Positions 28,706 through 41,208 of a stretch of 64,000 nt of DNA are shown piece by piece. The stretch covers positions 416,001 to 480,000 of the forward strand of contig CAXVYR010000003.1 of assembly GCA_963666975.2 (NCBI GenBank), written 5' to 3'. Made by a program: the position numbers and the translations under genes. Below the pieces are notes generated by a model that did not search any database, was not told the origin of the DNA, and was given only the letters and a program-made list of their open reading frames with translations. Each line of letters opens with the position of its first letter. Positions within the stretch are counted from its first letter, which is position 1. Source of the DNA: Terriglobia bacterium (lineage in GTDB: Bacteria; Acidobacteriota; Terriglobia; 2-12-FULL-54-10).

Positions 28706-28848
28706 GAACCCTCACTGCAAAAACCGATTAGCGTTTCAGTTTAGCTACTTCAACCCAGGGGTGTCAAACTTGCAGGGCGGGGAAGATTCGGCAGGCCGCG
28801 TTCGCATTGTTCGTTGCAGAGCGGCGATCCGCAGGCAGCAGTGGTTTC

Positions 28849-31798
28849 TTATTCGCCGATGGCGACCGTGACCGGATTGCTGTTCACTCCGTTGCTGCTT
28901 AAAATCAGACCGTGCTCTCCGGCAGAAACTCCGAATGGCACCTGAATGTTTACCTGGTAGAGTCCCACAAAAGTAGGGGCCAGGCCGGAAAAGGTGACCG
29001 GGGCGGAGATTCCGCCGATTGTTACGAAAGGCGTGGTTTGAGTGTGCGAAAGGGGGCTGGTGGATGCGGGTATTCCTGTATCCACAGAGGGCGAAGTGGT
29101 TCCGAGGCCGGTGGCAAACAGTTCCAGAAATTCGCCCGGGCGGGCGGGTTGCGCGGGCGTTACCAGAGAAGAGTCGGAGGCGTGCAGAATTGCGCCCCTT
29201 CCCTCGCCGCTCTGGTCGAGGGTGAAGATTCCCGGCGCGGCGGGGGAGAGCAGAACGGTTTCGGGCGGGCTCGTCAGACCGTTAATTTGCACCACCAATT
29301 GCGCCGAAGTTCGGCCAGCCAACTCGACGGGGACCTGCGCGTTGATCTGGTTGGGCGAGACGAACAGAAAGGGCGCTTGGAAGCCGCCGAGAGTCACCGT
29401 AACGCCTCCCAGGGATATGGGCAAAGGGAGGGGTCTGGGCAACCGCTGTAGTGTCAGCCATCTGTGTCCCGAAAATCGTGATCAGACTTCCGGCGGAAAC
29501 CAGCGGCGATCCTGAGCTGAAACTAGCGGCATTGCTTACTCCGGAGGCGTTCACGCGTGGCTGTAAAAAAGTGCTCCAGTATGGAACTGTTATAGTTTCC
29601 CCTGAATCTTCGCCGGAAAGGGTCAGGGATCCTTGCAGGGTCCCGCTGAGGGGTTCCGAGGAGAGAGCAGTGACGATTATGGTGGAGGTTTCCGCAGCGG
29701 CCAGCGTAAAGCCTGCGGGGGAGGCTGAAATTGTCAAGGCTTCGCTGCCTGCGGCCGGTGTGCTGGTGATGTTAAAAGTTTCGGCGGCGGCGCCCACATT
29801 GGTGACCAGAAGGCTTGCCGTAACGGACAGAATCGTATTTGCAGGCTGCGCGCCAAAGCTGAGGGAGACGGGCGAAACGGTGGCCACAGTGCCGAGCGCT
29901 GCTCCCGCGTCGAGCAGTCCATTTCCCCGGCTGAGAAGACCGGCAGGACCTCCGTCGAACGAGGAGACCTCTTTGCCTGCCGTGCTGACCAGCGCCGACT
30001 TGATTTGAGCAGGTGTGAAGGCAGGATTGGCTTGTTTCACCAATGCTGCCGCACCTGCAACCATGGGAGTCGCAAAGCTGGTACCGCTCGAGATGTCAAA
30101 ACCGGCGGGATCATATTGCACGCCGTCGGGGAAGTTCCTCTGGGTCGCGCTGTATAAATTTGTTCCCGGCGCTACCATGTCCGGCTTGATGCCGAAATCG
30201 GTGCTGGGTCCATTGGAGGAAAATTTGGACATCTGGTTGGGCATCGCCGGAATTGCTTCTTGTACGGCCCCGATGGTGGCCGTTACGTCCGGACCGGCTG
30301 TGCCCAAGAACTGTTTCAGATTCAGGCCGTCGGTGTTTCCGATCATGACCGCCGGTATTTGGGTAATGTTCTGGACGTCCATGGCGATGGGAGGTTGATT
30401 CAACTGATTATTGTAAATAACCACCCCGATGACGCCGGCCAGGTGGGCATTCAAAATCTTCTCGGAGAAATTGCAGTTTCCTCTGGAAATCAATACCAAC
30501 GCGCCGGCGAGGGAATCCAAAGGGAACTGCGAGCATGCTTTGTCCGAAGGCGCCACCGATGCCACGTCCAGCAGGGGTGCAGGTCCCACTGTGGTTGTAA
30601 GGGGCGGGCCGTTGCCCGGCAATGAGGCCATCTGTTCCAATTCCGGAGGCACCCCGCCGGGGGCGTCAATACGCAAAGGGTGTGCAAAGACGCGAGAATT
30701 TGTTGTTCCGCCCACCGTGATCGCGTGCGGGGAGATGCCGGGACTGCCGATGGTCCCTGTGCCCGGCCCTTGGTTACCCGCAGCGGTCACCACCGTTACG
30801 CCGTCCAAGACGGCCATGGCGACGGCCTGGGAAAGCGCATCGTTAACGGGCAGGGCGCTGGAGGTGGTTCCCAGGCTCATGTTGATAATGTCCATGCCGT
30901 CTTGAACGGCATCTTCCACTGCTTTGATGATGGCACCCAGGCTCGCCGTGTCATTGACGCCCGGTGTTCCAAACACCTTGTAGCTTCCCAGGAAAGCTTT
31001 GGGAGCAACTCCGGCGATGCTGGCCAGCGGACCTGTAACGCGGTTGCCGGCAGCAATTGCCGCAACAAATGTCCCGTGCCCGTCCCGGTCCTCAGCGTCG
31101 CAATTTGGGTCGGGAATTTCTAAGAGGCTGACATAATTCCGGGCCACAATCACCTTGAAGTTGGTGTAATCCTCATCGGAACCGGGACAGTCCACGCTGG
31201 CGGGAGTAAAAAGAGGGAAGCTGCCCGGCGGCGCCAGCGATGGGTCCTGGAACATCGGGTGGTTCGTGTCGATCCCGGTATCAATGACGGCGATCTTTAT
31301 ACCCTTCCCGGCGTTGCCTTCTCCGCCTATGCTTGGGTTCATCCATGCTTGCGGAACGCCGGCAAGAGGCAATGCAGTATCCAGCGCCTTGTGGTAACTG
31401 ATCGAGGGAATGACCTCTTCGACCTCGGCAAATTGCATTACGGCGGGCACGTCTTCCGGCCGCAAGGTGACCGCCATCCCATTGAACACGGTCTCCATCC
31501 GGGTTTGTACCTTTGCGCCCGGCAATTGTTCAATCAGTTGCTGGAGATTGGCCTGCTTGGCGTGAAGCCAGGACCGGTATTGCATTGCCGCCGGAGCCTG
31601 CAGGTCATGCCGCAAGGCTCGCCGCAGTTTGGAGGCACTCGGCTGGCTGTGAAGATGCAAAATGACGGGGGCGTCCCGCAGCTTCACAAGATATTGCTGA
31701 ACCCTCTCTTGAGCTTGCTCTTGGGCCTGTAAAGGGCTCCCAAGAAATCCGACAGCGGAGAGGGCAAGGCAAAGAGAAAGTAGAAATCGCAAAAGCAT
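28849..31798 (-). CDS. S8 subtilase (I9 + S8 + PA) with TIGR03437-like C-terminal domain, frameshifted near 29424
   Basis: IDTG, HGTFVA and SGTSFATP triad; VSNAASF...LFVSPNQINAQVP...GLYQVN tail. Removing one base from AAA 29423-25 joins ORFs 29282-31798 and 28849-29442. Confidence 0.88.
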
Positions 31799-31812
31799 AC
31801 TTCAGTATCTTA

Positions 31813-31967
31813 TAGCGTTTTCACAAATGGTGTAGACCGTCAGAGCCGCGACCGTTAGGGAGCGTCCACCCAGCGCTGATCGGCCAACCAAAGTGTTGTG
31901 GTCGCTCCTTTACAGTCGCGGCTCGGATTTCGGACCTTGCGAATCTACACCATTTTTGAAAACGGTA
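31813..31967. mobile_element. MITE-like element with 24-bp TIRs ending in TA, carrying the GAGCCGCG REP pair
   Basis: TAGCGTTTTCACAAATGGTGTAGA vs reverse complement TACCGTTTTCAAAAATGGTGTAGA (22/24); inner palindrome at 31841-31926. Confidence 0.82.
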
Positions 31968-32172
31968 TAATGCACCGCAAAGGCGGCCTGCGCCCGGAGT
32001 GCAAGGCCAAACCCGAGGAACCGCCCGTAAATTAGAAAAGATGGGGCAGGGCCAGAAAGGATTCTGATTATTTCGGTATGGGCCGACTCTGCGATCAAAG
32101 TTCAAGCATATCACAAGGGCTTAGGATGATTCCCGCCAACCGGATGCATCGGCTGATTTGCCAGGAAGGGTC

Positions 32173-32901
32173 TTAGAAAGGAAACAGCATTTTCATACAA
32201 AACAGAAGTAAAACTCCCGCAAACACCACCACGGCCATGCGGATACCCGGCTCCCGGTTCACTTCCGGAATCAGGTCACTGGCCGCCACGTAGAGAGTCA
32301 CGCCGGCGGAAACCGGCAGGGTATAAGCCACATAGTGGCTCAGCGGGGACATTGCCAGCACACCTGCCAGCGTGGCCAATCCCAAAAACAGCGAGGCCAG
32401 CAAAGCCGTCCGTGGGCTTTTGCCCGATGCGAGCATCACGGAGCTTACCGCAAACCCTTCGGGCATTTTATGCATAAAGACGGCCAGGAAAATCACCCAC
32501 CCCAGCCAATCCGAAATGAGAAAGCCGGTTGCGATGGACACTCCATCCATAAACGTATGGAGCATCAGCCCGATCAGCACCGTTTGACTGCGGTGGGAAC
32601 TGGCGACTTCTTCCGCGTGGGTCTCTTCGCCGAAGTGAAAGTGTGCGGTGAGGGTGTGTTCAACGAAATGAATGAGCAAATATCCGGCGAGCAACCAGAC
32701 CGCCGTTTGGCTGCCGAGCAGCTCATAGCTTGCCGGCAGCATCTCCAGCAGAGAAGCGGCCAGCATAAAGCCGGAACCCAGGGCGACAAAATACCTCAGA
32801 TAAAGCGGATGCCAGGGGCGGCGCACTACGATAAAGCCGCCGCAAAGGTTGGCGGCAGCGGCCACTAAGCCCAGCAGCAGCCCGGTCCATTGAATCTGCA
32901 T
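32173..32901 (-). CDS. ZIP family metal transporter
   Basis: HTFMDG, HKMPEG, His-rich loop, SDLIPE. Confidence 0.93.
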   Translation of the reverse strand: MQIQWTGLLLGLVAAAANLCGGFIVVRRPWHPLYLRYFVALGSGFMLAASLLEMLPASYELLGSQTAVWLLAGYLLIHFVEHTLTAHFHFGEETHAEEVASSHRSQTVLIGLMLHTFMDGVSIATGFLISDWLGWVIFLAVFMHKMPEGFAVSSVMLASGKSPRTALLASLFLGLATLAGVLAMSPLSHYVAYTLPVSAGVTLYVAASDLIPEVNREPGIRMAVVVFAGVLLLFCMKMLFPF

Positions 32902-33036
32902 GGTTGTTCAATCGTTACGATAGTTGAAAAGTTGCAAAATTACGAAGCCGCGAAATTGCGAAAAGGAGGAAGTCACCGCTTCTGTACGAAGCGGGTGTGC
33001 GCGGCACGAAACGTATGCGCGGCAGCGGTTTCTCGC

Positions 33037-34116
33037 TCATCCACTGTGGCGGATGTGGACGATCTCCCCATCCTGAACGATGTAATCTTTTCCTTCCAGC
33101 CGGACGAGGCCTGCCTGCCGGGCGGCAGGGAAGCCACCCTGCTCCAGAAGCGTGTCCCAGGGGATGACTTCGGCCCGGATAAAGTGTTTCACCATATCCG
33201 TGTGGATTGCACCCGCCGCTTGCTGTGCGGAAGTATTTTTCGGGATGCTCCAAGCGCGGCATTCCTTTTCGCCTACCGTAAAGAAGACAATTCTGCCCAG
33301 CAGCTCATTGAGGGTGCGCGTCAGGCGCTCGAGCCCGGACTCCCGCAGGCCGTAGCTTTTCCTGAACTCCGCTGCTTCCGCGTCCGCCATCTCCGCCAGT
33401 TCCGCTTCCACCTTTGCGGAAACCACCAGGGCCCTGCTGTTGGGATGCCGGCCCAATTGGTCTAAACCAACCGACTGCAGGACCTCGTCCATCTTCTCCA
33501 CTGCTTCCTCTCCCGCATTCAGCACCAGAAGCATGGGCTTTTCCGACAAGAACAGGAAACCTCGCAACCGCTTCTTTTCTTCCTCCTCCCATTCCACTTC
33601 CCGCAAGGGTTTTTCCGTCTCCAGCCACTTCCGGGCCCTTTCGAGCAACGCCGTTTCCTTTTCGAAGTCAGGATTTTTAATCTTCTTGTGTTCCTTTTCG
33701 AGCTTGGTCAAACGGTTTTCAATTACGCCTAAATCCGCCAGGATCAAGTCCAGCTCCACGCTGGAAATGTCGCGTTGCGGGTCGATACTGCCCTTGAGGT
33801 GAGGGACCGACTCATCGGGAAAGAGGCGGACGACGTGGGCCAGCGCATCCATATTACGAAGGTTGCCCAGGTATGTGCTCTCCTTCAAAGTATCCTTTCC
33901 GATGGCGGCAACGTCGACGCATTCCATCGTGGCATACGTTGTTTTTAAGGGAGTGAAAAGCTTCGAAAGGCGGTCCAAGCGCTCATCGAGCACGTGCGCA
34001 ATGCCGACATGTTGCGCCCCGGAGTGGCTGTGCGACTCCCGTGCAGGGAGACGCGTCAACATTCGGAAAAGGGTTGTCTTCCCGGCCTTAGGCAGGCCAA
34101 TAATTCCACACTGCAT
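33037..34116 (-). CDS. ychF: YchF/Obg-like ATPase
   Basis: GLPKAGKTT, FFTVGEKECRAW, AAGAIHTD, FIRAEV, LEGKDYIVQDG; the N-terminal G2 region is divergent. Confidence 0.85.
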   Translation of the reverse strand: MQCGIIGLPKAGKTTLFRMLTRLPARESHSHSGAQHVGIAHVLDERLDRLSKLFTPLKTTYATMECVDVAAIGKDTLKESTYLGNLRNMDALAHVVRLFPDESVPHLKGSIDPQRDISSVELDLILADLGVIENRLTKLEKEHKKIKNPDFEKETALLERARKWLETEKPLREVEWEEEEKKRLRGFLFLSEKPMLLVLNAGEEAVEKMDEVLQSVGLDQLGRHPNSRALVVSAKVEAELAEMADAEAAEFRKSYGLRESGLERLTRTLNELLGRIVFFTVGEKECRAWSIPKNTSAQQAAGAIHTDMVKHFIRAEVIPWDTLLEQGGFPAARQAGLVRLEGKDYIVQDGEIVHIRHSG

Positions 34117-34143
34117 CGGATTAGAAAACTGCCGAACCGGGCC

Positions 34144-35133
34144 TCAAAAGGCCCAACGCACCAACGCTGTACCCACTGTGTAACCGGCGCCCGCTGCCGC
34201 GTAAAGGACAAGGTTCCCCTTTTTCAGCCTTCCTTGCTGGATTGCATCCGCAGTAGCCAGGGGGATGGTAGCGGCCGTTGTGTTTCCGTAGCGGTCAATG
34301 TTGATGAGGACTTTATTCGGGTCCATTCCCAGCCGGTCGGCGGCGGCCTCGATGATGCGCCGGTTGGCTTGGTGGGAAATAAAGATATCCAAGTCGGAGA
34401 CGGACAGAGAGTTTCGCTCCAGGATCGATTTGCACGCCTCAGACATCTTTCGTATGGCGTATTTGAAGACCTGCGACCCGTCCTGGTGGACATAATGTAA
34501 TTTTTTCTTCACGGTCTCTTCGGTGGAAGGCATCCGGCTGCCTCCCGCCGGCATTTGCAAAAATTGGCCTCCGGAGCCGTCAATTTCATTGAGGTAGTCG
34601 AGGATGCCTTCATCCTCCGATTCAGCCGGTTCCAAAAGAACTGCGCCAGCGCCGTCTCCAAAGATGACACAGGTGGCGCGGTCCTCGTAATTGATGATAC
34701 TGGACATCACGTCGGCTCCCACCACCAGTACGTTTTTCTGAGATCCGCTCGCGATCAATTGCGCCCCTGTCGTCAAAGCATAGAGGAAACCGGAGCAGGC
34801 AGCCGAAAGATCAAAACCCCAAGCCCCGCGGGCCCCGAGTTTGTCCTGCAGGATACAAGCTGTCGCAGGGAAAAACGTGTCCGGAGTGACGGTGGCCACG
34901 ATGATCGTCTCAATTTCCGCAGGGCTAATCCCTCGCTGGGCCAGCACCTTTTTGCAGGCTTCAAACGCAAGGTCTGAAGTGGCGATTCCATTGTCGACGA
35001 TGTGCCGCTCCCGGATGCCGGTTCGCTCCAGAATCCAACTGTCGGAAGTGTTCACCATTTTTTCCAGATCAGCGTTGGTGAGTGTCTTGGGTGGGGTATA
35101 ACAGCCCAGGGCCGAAATTTTTGCTCGCTTCAA
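34144..35133 (-). CDS. fabH: 3-oxoacyl-ACP synthase III
   Basis: AACSGF, HQANRRI, GNTTAA triad. Confidence 0.96.
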   Translation of the reverse strand: MKRAKISALGCYTPPKTLTNADLEKMVNTSDSWILERTGIRERHIVDNGIATSDLAFEACKKVLAQRGISPAEIETIIVATVTPDTFFPATACILQDKLGARGAWGFDLSAACSGFLYALTTGAQLIASGSQKNVLVVGADVMSSIINYEDRATCVIFGDGAGAVLLEPAESEDEGILDYLNEIDGSGGQFLQMPAGGSRMPSTEETVKKKLHYVHQDGSQVFKYAIRKMSEACKSILERNSLSVSDLDIFISHQANRRIIEAAADRLGMDPNKVLINIDRYGNTTAATIPLATADAIQQGRLKKGNLVLYAAAGAGYTVGTALVRWAF

Positions 35134-35242
35134 TTAGGAATGCCTCAATCGTGCTAGTTGATTCTGTAATGGAGACCCACTACTGTATTTTTGTTTTGAA
35201 AAAAAAGCAAGATTCGTGGCCGGGGGAATCGCGAGGATCGTC

Positions 35243-36487
35243 TTAAGCTTCGGTTTCATCGAACACTCCCGCAAGTCTCAGTGCGATCAGCAATATCCGC
35301 TGCAAGCCCAGTTCGCGCCCCCGAGGGTGGTACCATTCGTTTGGGGTATGCGCGCCCCCGCCCGATCCTCCCCCGCCGGTTGCAACGGCCTCGATGCCGA
35401 GTGACAGCGGAATGTTGGCATCGGTCGAGGAACATTCCAGCCTGCTCTGGATTCCCAGACTCTGGTCCACTTCCCGAATTACTTCCAGGATGCGGGCAGA
35501 AGGGGGCAGCTCCGCCACTGGACGGTCGCCAATCTGTGCAATTCTTGCCTCCAAGCGGCCCGATCCGCGCTGACTCTCCTTTTCTACTCCCGCCTGAATG
35601 GCCGATTCCAGGGCCAGCGAGAGCTGCTGGATCATGGCGGCTTCGCCCGACCGGATGTCCACTTTCATCCATGCGGATTGCGGAATGGAGTTCACCGTCG
35701 TTCCGCCTTGGATCGTTCCGATGTTGAGGGAGGTCCGCGGGTTGGAAGGGAGATCGATTTCGTTCAATTGCGTAACCGCCAGGGCCAGCGCGTGTATGGG
35801 GTTTACGGCGCCAAAGTCGCTCCAACTGTGGCCACCCGGGCCGGTGATCTCAATCAAAAACCGGCGGCTTCCCAGGCCGGCTATCGCCGTATGGTTGATG
35901 CTGGCCCCATCCAGCACCAACATGCCCTGCACACGCTCGGACAGCTCCCGCTGAGCAAACAGGTGCCGCATACCGCACAGATTTCCTTCGCCTTCTTCAC
36001 CGACATTGGCCACAAACAAGAGCGAAAGGTCCGTCTCAATCCGGCTGCGCTGAACAGCTGCGGCGGTACCCAGCAAAGCTGCCAGGCCTGCTCCGTTGTC
36101 GGAGATGCCCGGAGCGCAAAAGCGGCCATTGTCCCGTTTGACCGTGATCGGCATGCCGGGAGGCGACACCGTGTCCAGATGAGCGGTGACGGCAATGAGC
36201 CCGCTGCTCGTCCCGGGCCTCTCCCCCAGCAGGTTTCCCGTTGAGTCGACGCGTACGCGCTCCAGCCCCAGTTCCCGGAACCGTTCGGTCATGTAGCTGG
36301 CTCGCTCTGATTCCAGAAATGTCGGGGCCGGTATTTCCGTCAGTTCAATATGGACCCGGTCCAGCCACTCTCGCTGCTCGTGCAAAGATCGGATCACTTT
36401 CTGCAAGCCGGGAAGCTCCGCGATCTCTCGCAAAGCGGAAATCCTCCGCCGACGGGTGGCGCCTGGACGTGTGAGGGGACTGGACAT
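35243..36487 (-). CDS. M20/M25/M40 metallo-hydrolase
   Basis: AHLDTV, GISDN, GEEG, GGHS, STDAN, AHT. Confidence 0.9.
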   Translation of the reverse strand: MSSPLTRPGATRRRRISALREIAELPGLQKVIRSLHEQREWLDRVHIELTEIPAPTFLESERASYMTERFRELGLERVRVDSTGNLLGERPGTSSGLIAVTAHLDTVSPPGMPITVKRDNGRFCAPGISDNGAGLAALLGTAAAVQRSRIETDLSLLFVANVGEEGEGNLCGMRHLFAQRELSERVQGMLVLDGASINHTAIAGLGSRRFLIEITGPGGHSWSDFGAVNPIHALALAVTQLNEIDLPSNPRTSLNIGTIQGGTTVNSIPQSAWMKVDIRSGEAAMIQQLSLALESAIQAGVEKESQRGSGRLEARIAQIGDRPVAELPPSARILEVIREVDQSLGIQSRLECSSTDANIPLSLGIEAVATGGGGSGGGAHTPNEWYHPRGRELGLQRILLIALRLAGVFDETEA

Positions 36488-36518
36488 GAATTCAGCCTGT
36501 CGCGGTTGCCTCTAGGGA

Positions 36519-36770
36519 TCAGTATTGCAAGGTTCCTGTTCGTCTTTCCGGATCGGCAGCGGGCAGATACAGCGTATGACAATGCTCGCAGCGATAAATT
36601 TCAGCATCGCTGCCATGCTGGCGCTTGATCTCCTCGCCGAATTGATACCGCCGTTTCAAATGGCCTGCGCAGAGCTTGCCCTTCGCATTCTTTTCATTGC
36701 AGGCGCGCTGATGGGGCATCCGGGTCTTTGCCTGGTTGGGTGTGGACGGAGTGGAAAAAGCCTCAGCCAT
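36519..36770 (-). CDS. Small Cys/His-containing hypothetical protein (possible Zn-binding)
   Basis: GAGGAGG RBS; CNEK...LCAGH...YRCEHCHTLY. Confidence 0.7.
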   Translation of the reverse strand: MAEAFSTPSTPNQAKTRMPHQRACNEKNAKGKLCAGHLKRRYQFGEEIKRQHGSDAEIYRCEHCHTLYLPAADPERRTGTLQY

Positions 36771-36845
36771 GAGATTATGTTTACCTCCTCATAGGGGACA
36801 CACAGCTCCCGACGTTTCGATAATCCAAGGATCCGTTTACCTACT

Positions 36846-37706
36846 CTATATTCTACCGGGAAGCTGCTGCTTGTCCAGAGGGGCGGAATCAGAGGGGCCG
36901 TCGTCCGCGTAAGTGACACGAAGCAGATGCAGGCCACGTGCCGGAGCCGTAGGCCCGGCTGCCGTACGCTGGCAAGCGGAAAGTATTTCAGAAATTTGTT
37001 GCGGGGCAGTTCGGCCCCTGCCCACCTCCAGCAGAGTCCCCACAATATTTCGCACCATGTGATACAGGAAACCGTTGCCTGTAACGGTGTAGACGAGTTC
37101 GTCCGCCTGCCGGTGCATCTGGGAGGCGGATACCGTGCGGACGAAAGAGGATTCGTCGGGATGCTCGCTTCTATCCGCAGCCGTAAAGGAGCGAAAGTTC
37201 TGGGTGCCCTCGAAATATTTTGCCGCCTCTTGCATGGCCTCCTCCTGGAGAGGATACGGGAAGTGATACGCGTACCGGCAAAGCCAGGGAGGGCAGATGG
37301 GCCCGCGAAAAATTCGGTAGCGGTAAGTTTTCGAGCAGGCGTTGTACCGCGCATGGAAATCTCCGGCTGCTTCCTGAACCGAGAGAACACGGAGGCTGCC
37401 CGGCAAATGGTCGTTCAAGGCCTTCACCAAGTTGGGACAGGGAATTCGTGAATCCATCCTTACGTTCGCCGCCTGTTCTTCGGCATGCACGCCCGCATCG
37501 GTCCGCCCGGCTCCATATACGGTAATCTTCTCCCCGCAGATCTCCTCCAAAGTGGAGACCAGCAAGCCCTGGATGGTGACCTGGCGGGGTTGAATTTGCC
37601 ATCCGCTGAAATCTGTCCCGTCGTATGCGACCTTCATCAGAAGGTTGCGTCGTGTGGCTTGGTATTTCTTGGGGGAATCCTCCGGGTCTTCCGATGTCCT
37701 GCTCAT
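36846..37706 (-). CDS. truA: tRNA pseudouridine(38-40) synthase
   Basis: YDGTDFSGWQ, GRTDAGVHA, FLYHMVR. Confidence 0.96.
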   Translation of the reverse strand: MSRTSEDPEDSPKKYQATRRNLLMKVAYDGTDFSGWQIQPRQVTIQGLLVSTLEEICGEKITVYGAGRTDAGVHAEEQAANVRMDSRIPCPNLVKALNDHLPGSLRVLSVQEAAGDFHARYNACSKTYRYRIFRGPICPPWLCRYAYHFPYPLQEEAMQEAAKYFEGTQNFRSFTAADRSEHPDESSFVRTVSASQMHRQADELVYTVTGNGFLYHMVRNIVGTLLEVGRGRTAPQQISEILSACQRTAAGPTAPARGLHLLRVTYADDGPSDSAPLDKQQLPGRI

Positions 37707-37982
37707 GATGTTCGCCCTGTCCGTGTCATTTCAGCCGTTTCAGTTGATTCCCCTGTGGCGGTGCAGGCGGCTTGCAATTGCAACTGCACCAGCCTAGCAA
37801 CTCCGCCGGAAAAAGCCCAGCGGCTTTTCGGAATGTCCATTCGATGAAATTCTTGTTGCACAACGGCACAGCGGATGATGAAATGGCTTGGGACATCCCT
37901 TAGACTTCCCGACGGAAGAATCGAACTGGATGAGAAACCGGCTTTTGCTGCACGGCGCGACGAGCCGGCGTATTCAAAGCCA

Positions 37983-38426
37983 ATGGCCGATCATTTCTTT
38001 GATTTAGAGCGAGCGGAAAAGCTTCTGCCGCAACTCCAGCGATGGCTGGAGATTGCCACCGGCGCGAGGAAAGAGCTGGTGGAGATTGAACAAGAATATG
38101 AGCGCTTGGTGGAAGAGATTTCATTGTTGGGGGGGCGGATGATTGATGTGCCGCACTTCTCCCGGCGCAAGCAGGAAAAGAAGGAGCGGATTTCCCAACT
38201 GCAGAATACAGCCCGCAAGATTGAAGACTCCGGGTGCCTGCTGAAGGATCTGGAAGAGGGTTTGGTGGATTTTCCTTGCCAAGTCGATGGCCGGGAGGTG
38301 TATCTTTGCTGGAAATCAGGCGAGCCGAGTATTCAATTCTGGCACAATACCGATGAGGGATTCGCGAGCCGCAAGCCGGTCGACGGCAAACTGCTGGAGC
38401 AACTGAAACACAGACGCCCGAGTTAG
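37983..38426 (+). CDS. DUF2203 family protein
   Basis: LKDLEEGLVDFP...VYLCWKSGE...WH...GFASRKP. Confidence 0.9.
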   Translation: MADHFFDLERAEKLLPQLQRWLEIATGARKELVEIEQEYERLVEEISLLGGRMIDVPHFSRRKQEKKERISQLQNTARKIEDSGCLLKDLEEGLVDFPCQVDGREVYLCWKSGEPSIQFWHNTDEGFASRKPVDGKLLEQLKHRRPS

Positions 38427-38495
38427 TAGCCCGAATTGAAAACCACGGCTTGAGAACCTTTTGGATAACGCCCAGCCGGAGTTGGGATAGAATAG

Positions 38496-39944
<1,449 letters not shown>

Positions 39945-40039
39945 CCCCCGCCGCAAAACGAGCGACCTGCGCCCACCGTTGGCCGGGGGCTGCAGTAGAG
40001 CGCCTGCTTTTCCGTTCGGCAAACTGGCAGTCAAATGAA

Positions 40040-40063
40040 CCGCAGGCGAGAAATCGCCCGCGG
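40040..40063 (+). terminator. Hairpin downstream of thiC
   Basis: CCGCAGGCGA-GAAA-TCGCCCGCGG followed by a weak T-tract. Confidence 0.35.
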
Positions 40064-40197
40064 CTGGTTTTCGATTTGCAACATTTCTGGAAAGGGCGTT
40101 TCTCAGGCACTATCCATCTGAGCCCATCTGAGCCTGGCGGAATAATTCGTAAACGGTAGGCGACCAGGCAGGATCAATCTGCTAACAGCGTGCGATT

Positions 40198-40267
40198 GAG
40201 CCGCGACGGCGCGGTCGGGCCCTTGTCCTGAAGAACCAGACCGACTTCCGTCTTCCGTCGGCGGCTC
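40198..40267. repeat. Degenerate GAGCCGCG-family palindrome
   Basis: GAGCCGCGACGG ... CCGTCGGCGGCTC. Confidence 0.5.
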
Positions 40268-40728
40268 TAATCGCGTGTTAGCCAGGCTGTCTGGTACCGA
40301 CCCACGGCAATAGCGTCGAATCTCGCCAACGACTCTTCATAAATAAGGGCGCCTTCATTCGGATCACCAAAGCTCACATGCGGCAAACCTCCTGGGATGA
40401 AGAGATACTGACCTGGTCCTACACGTTTCTCCGTCCCGTCCTGAGATCTGTAAATGTAAGCGCCGCTGATACCTATCACTCGAGTGTCGTTCGTGTGAAT
40501 ATGGAGGATGGCGGTATCAGGGTTCCCGGGCCCAAACCTGACAAAGGCGCCAGACGGTCCCTCGCCTCGGTTCCCCCACACTGTGAGGGGCCCATTGGTG
40601 AAATCGTGCCTTGCGGAATCAAAAAAGATCGCTTCCCGGCCCCGCTGCGCCACAACAGCCACACCGGTAATGACAGTCACCACAGCCAGGCCTCCGGCGA
40701 TCAAAAGGACCTTGGCGAAACGTGTCAT
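40267..40728 (-). CDS. Exported cupin (DUF4437-like)
   Basis: AAGGAGG RBS, signal peptide, LHIHT...GPGQYLFIPGGLPH. Confidence 0.75.
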   Translation of the reverse strand: MTRFAKVLLIAGGLAVVTVITGVAVVAQRGREAIFFDSARHDFTNGPLTVWGNRGEGPSGAFVRFGPGNPDTAILHIHTNDTRVIGISGAYIYRSQDGTEKRVGPGQYLFIPGGLPHVSFGDPNEGALIYEESLARFDAIAVGRYQTAWLTRD

Positions 40729-41208
40729 GATGTCCTCCTTCGACTTTCTGCGTGTTATGAAGATCCGTGAGCAAGCCACGGTCGTTCTGGCTAACTCTTG
40801 TTTAGGCTGACCTGCATAAAATCCTTCCCGGTCGGCCTAACGTGAATGCGCCATCGACTCGTTCCGGCCTTAACCGCCTGCTGTGTAGAGACTTCCCCTG
40901 CATACGGCAATTTGCCTCCGGAATGTTATGCGGACGCCTCGGTCCGCATAAGCCCACGGCTCAAAACGCGAGTATATATCGTCGAGGTATCACCACCAAC
41001 GCAAAAGTTACAATCTTAAATTGCGCGCCAGGTGCCCAATAGCTCCCCTGTAACGCAATAGTGTTTTCCGATCCATTGCCACATGGCCGTGTAGTCGGCT
41101 TTCCGGAAACTTGCCGTCGCCAGAAAACTGATCCGCCATCCCGATTCCAGAACGGGTCTCCCAAATCTATGATTCGCGTTATAATAAAAAAAGAAAGGTA
41201 GAGGAGAT

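Noticed and set aside
31972-32030. Small structured RNA after TATAAT
   Set aside because: The TATAAT is formed by the MITE end, there is no -35, and the short GC stems are expected by chance.
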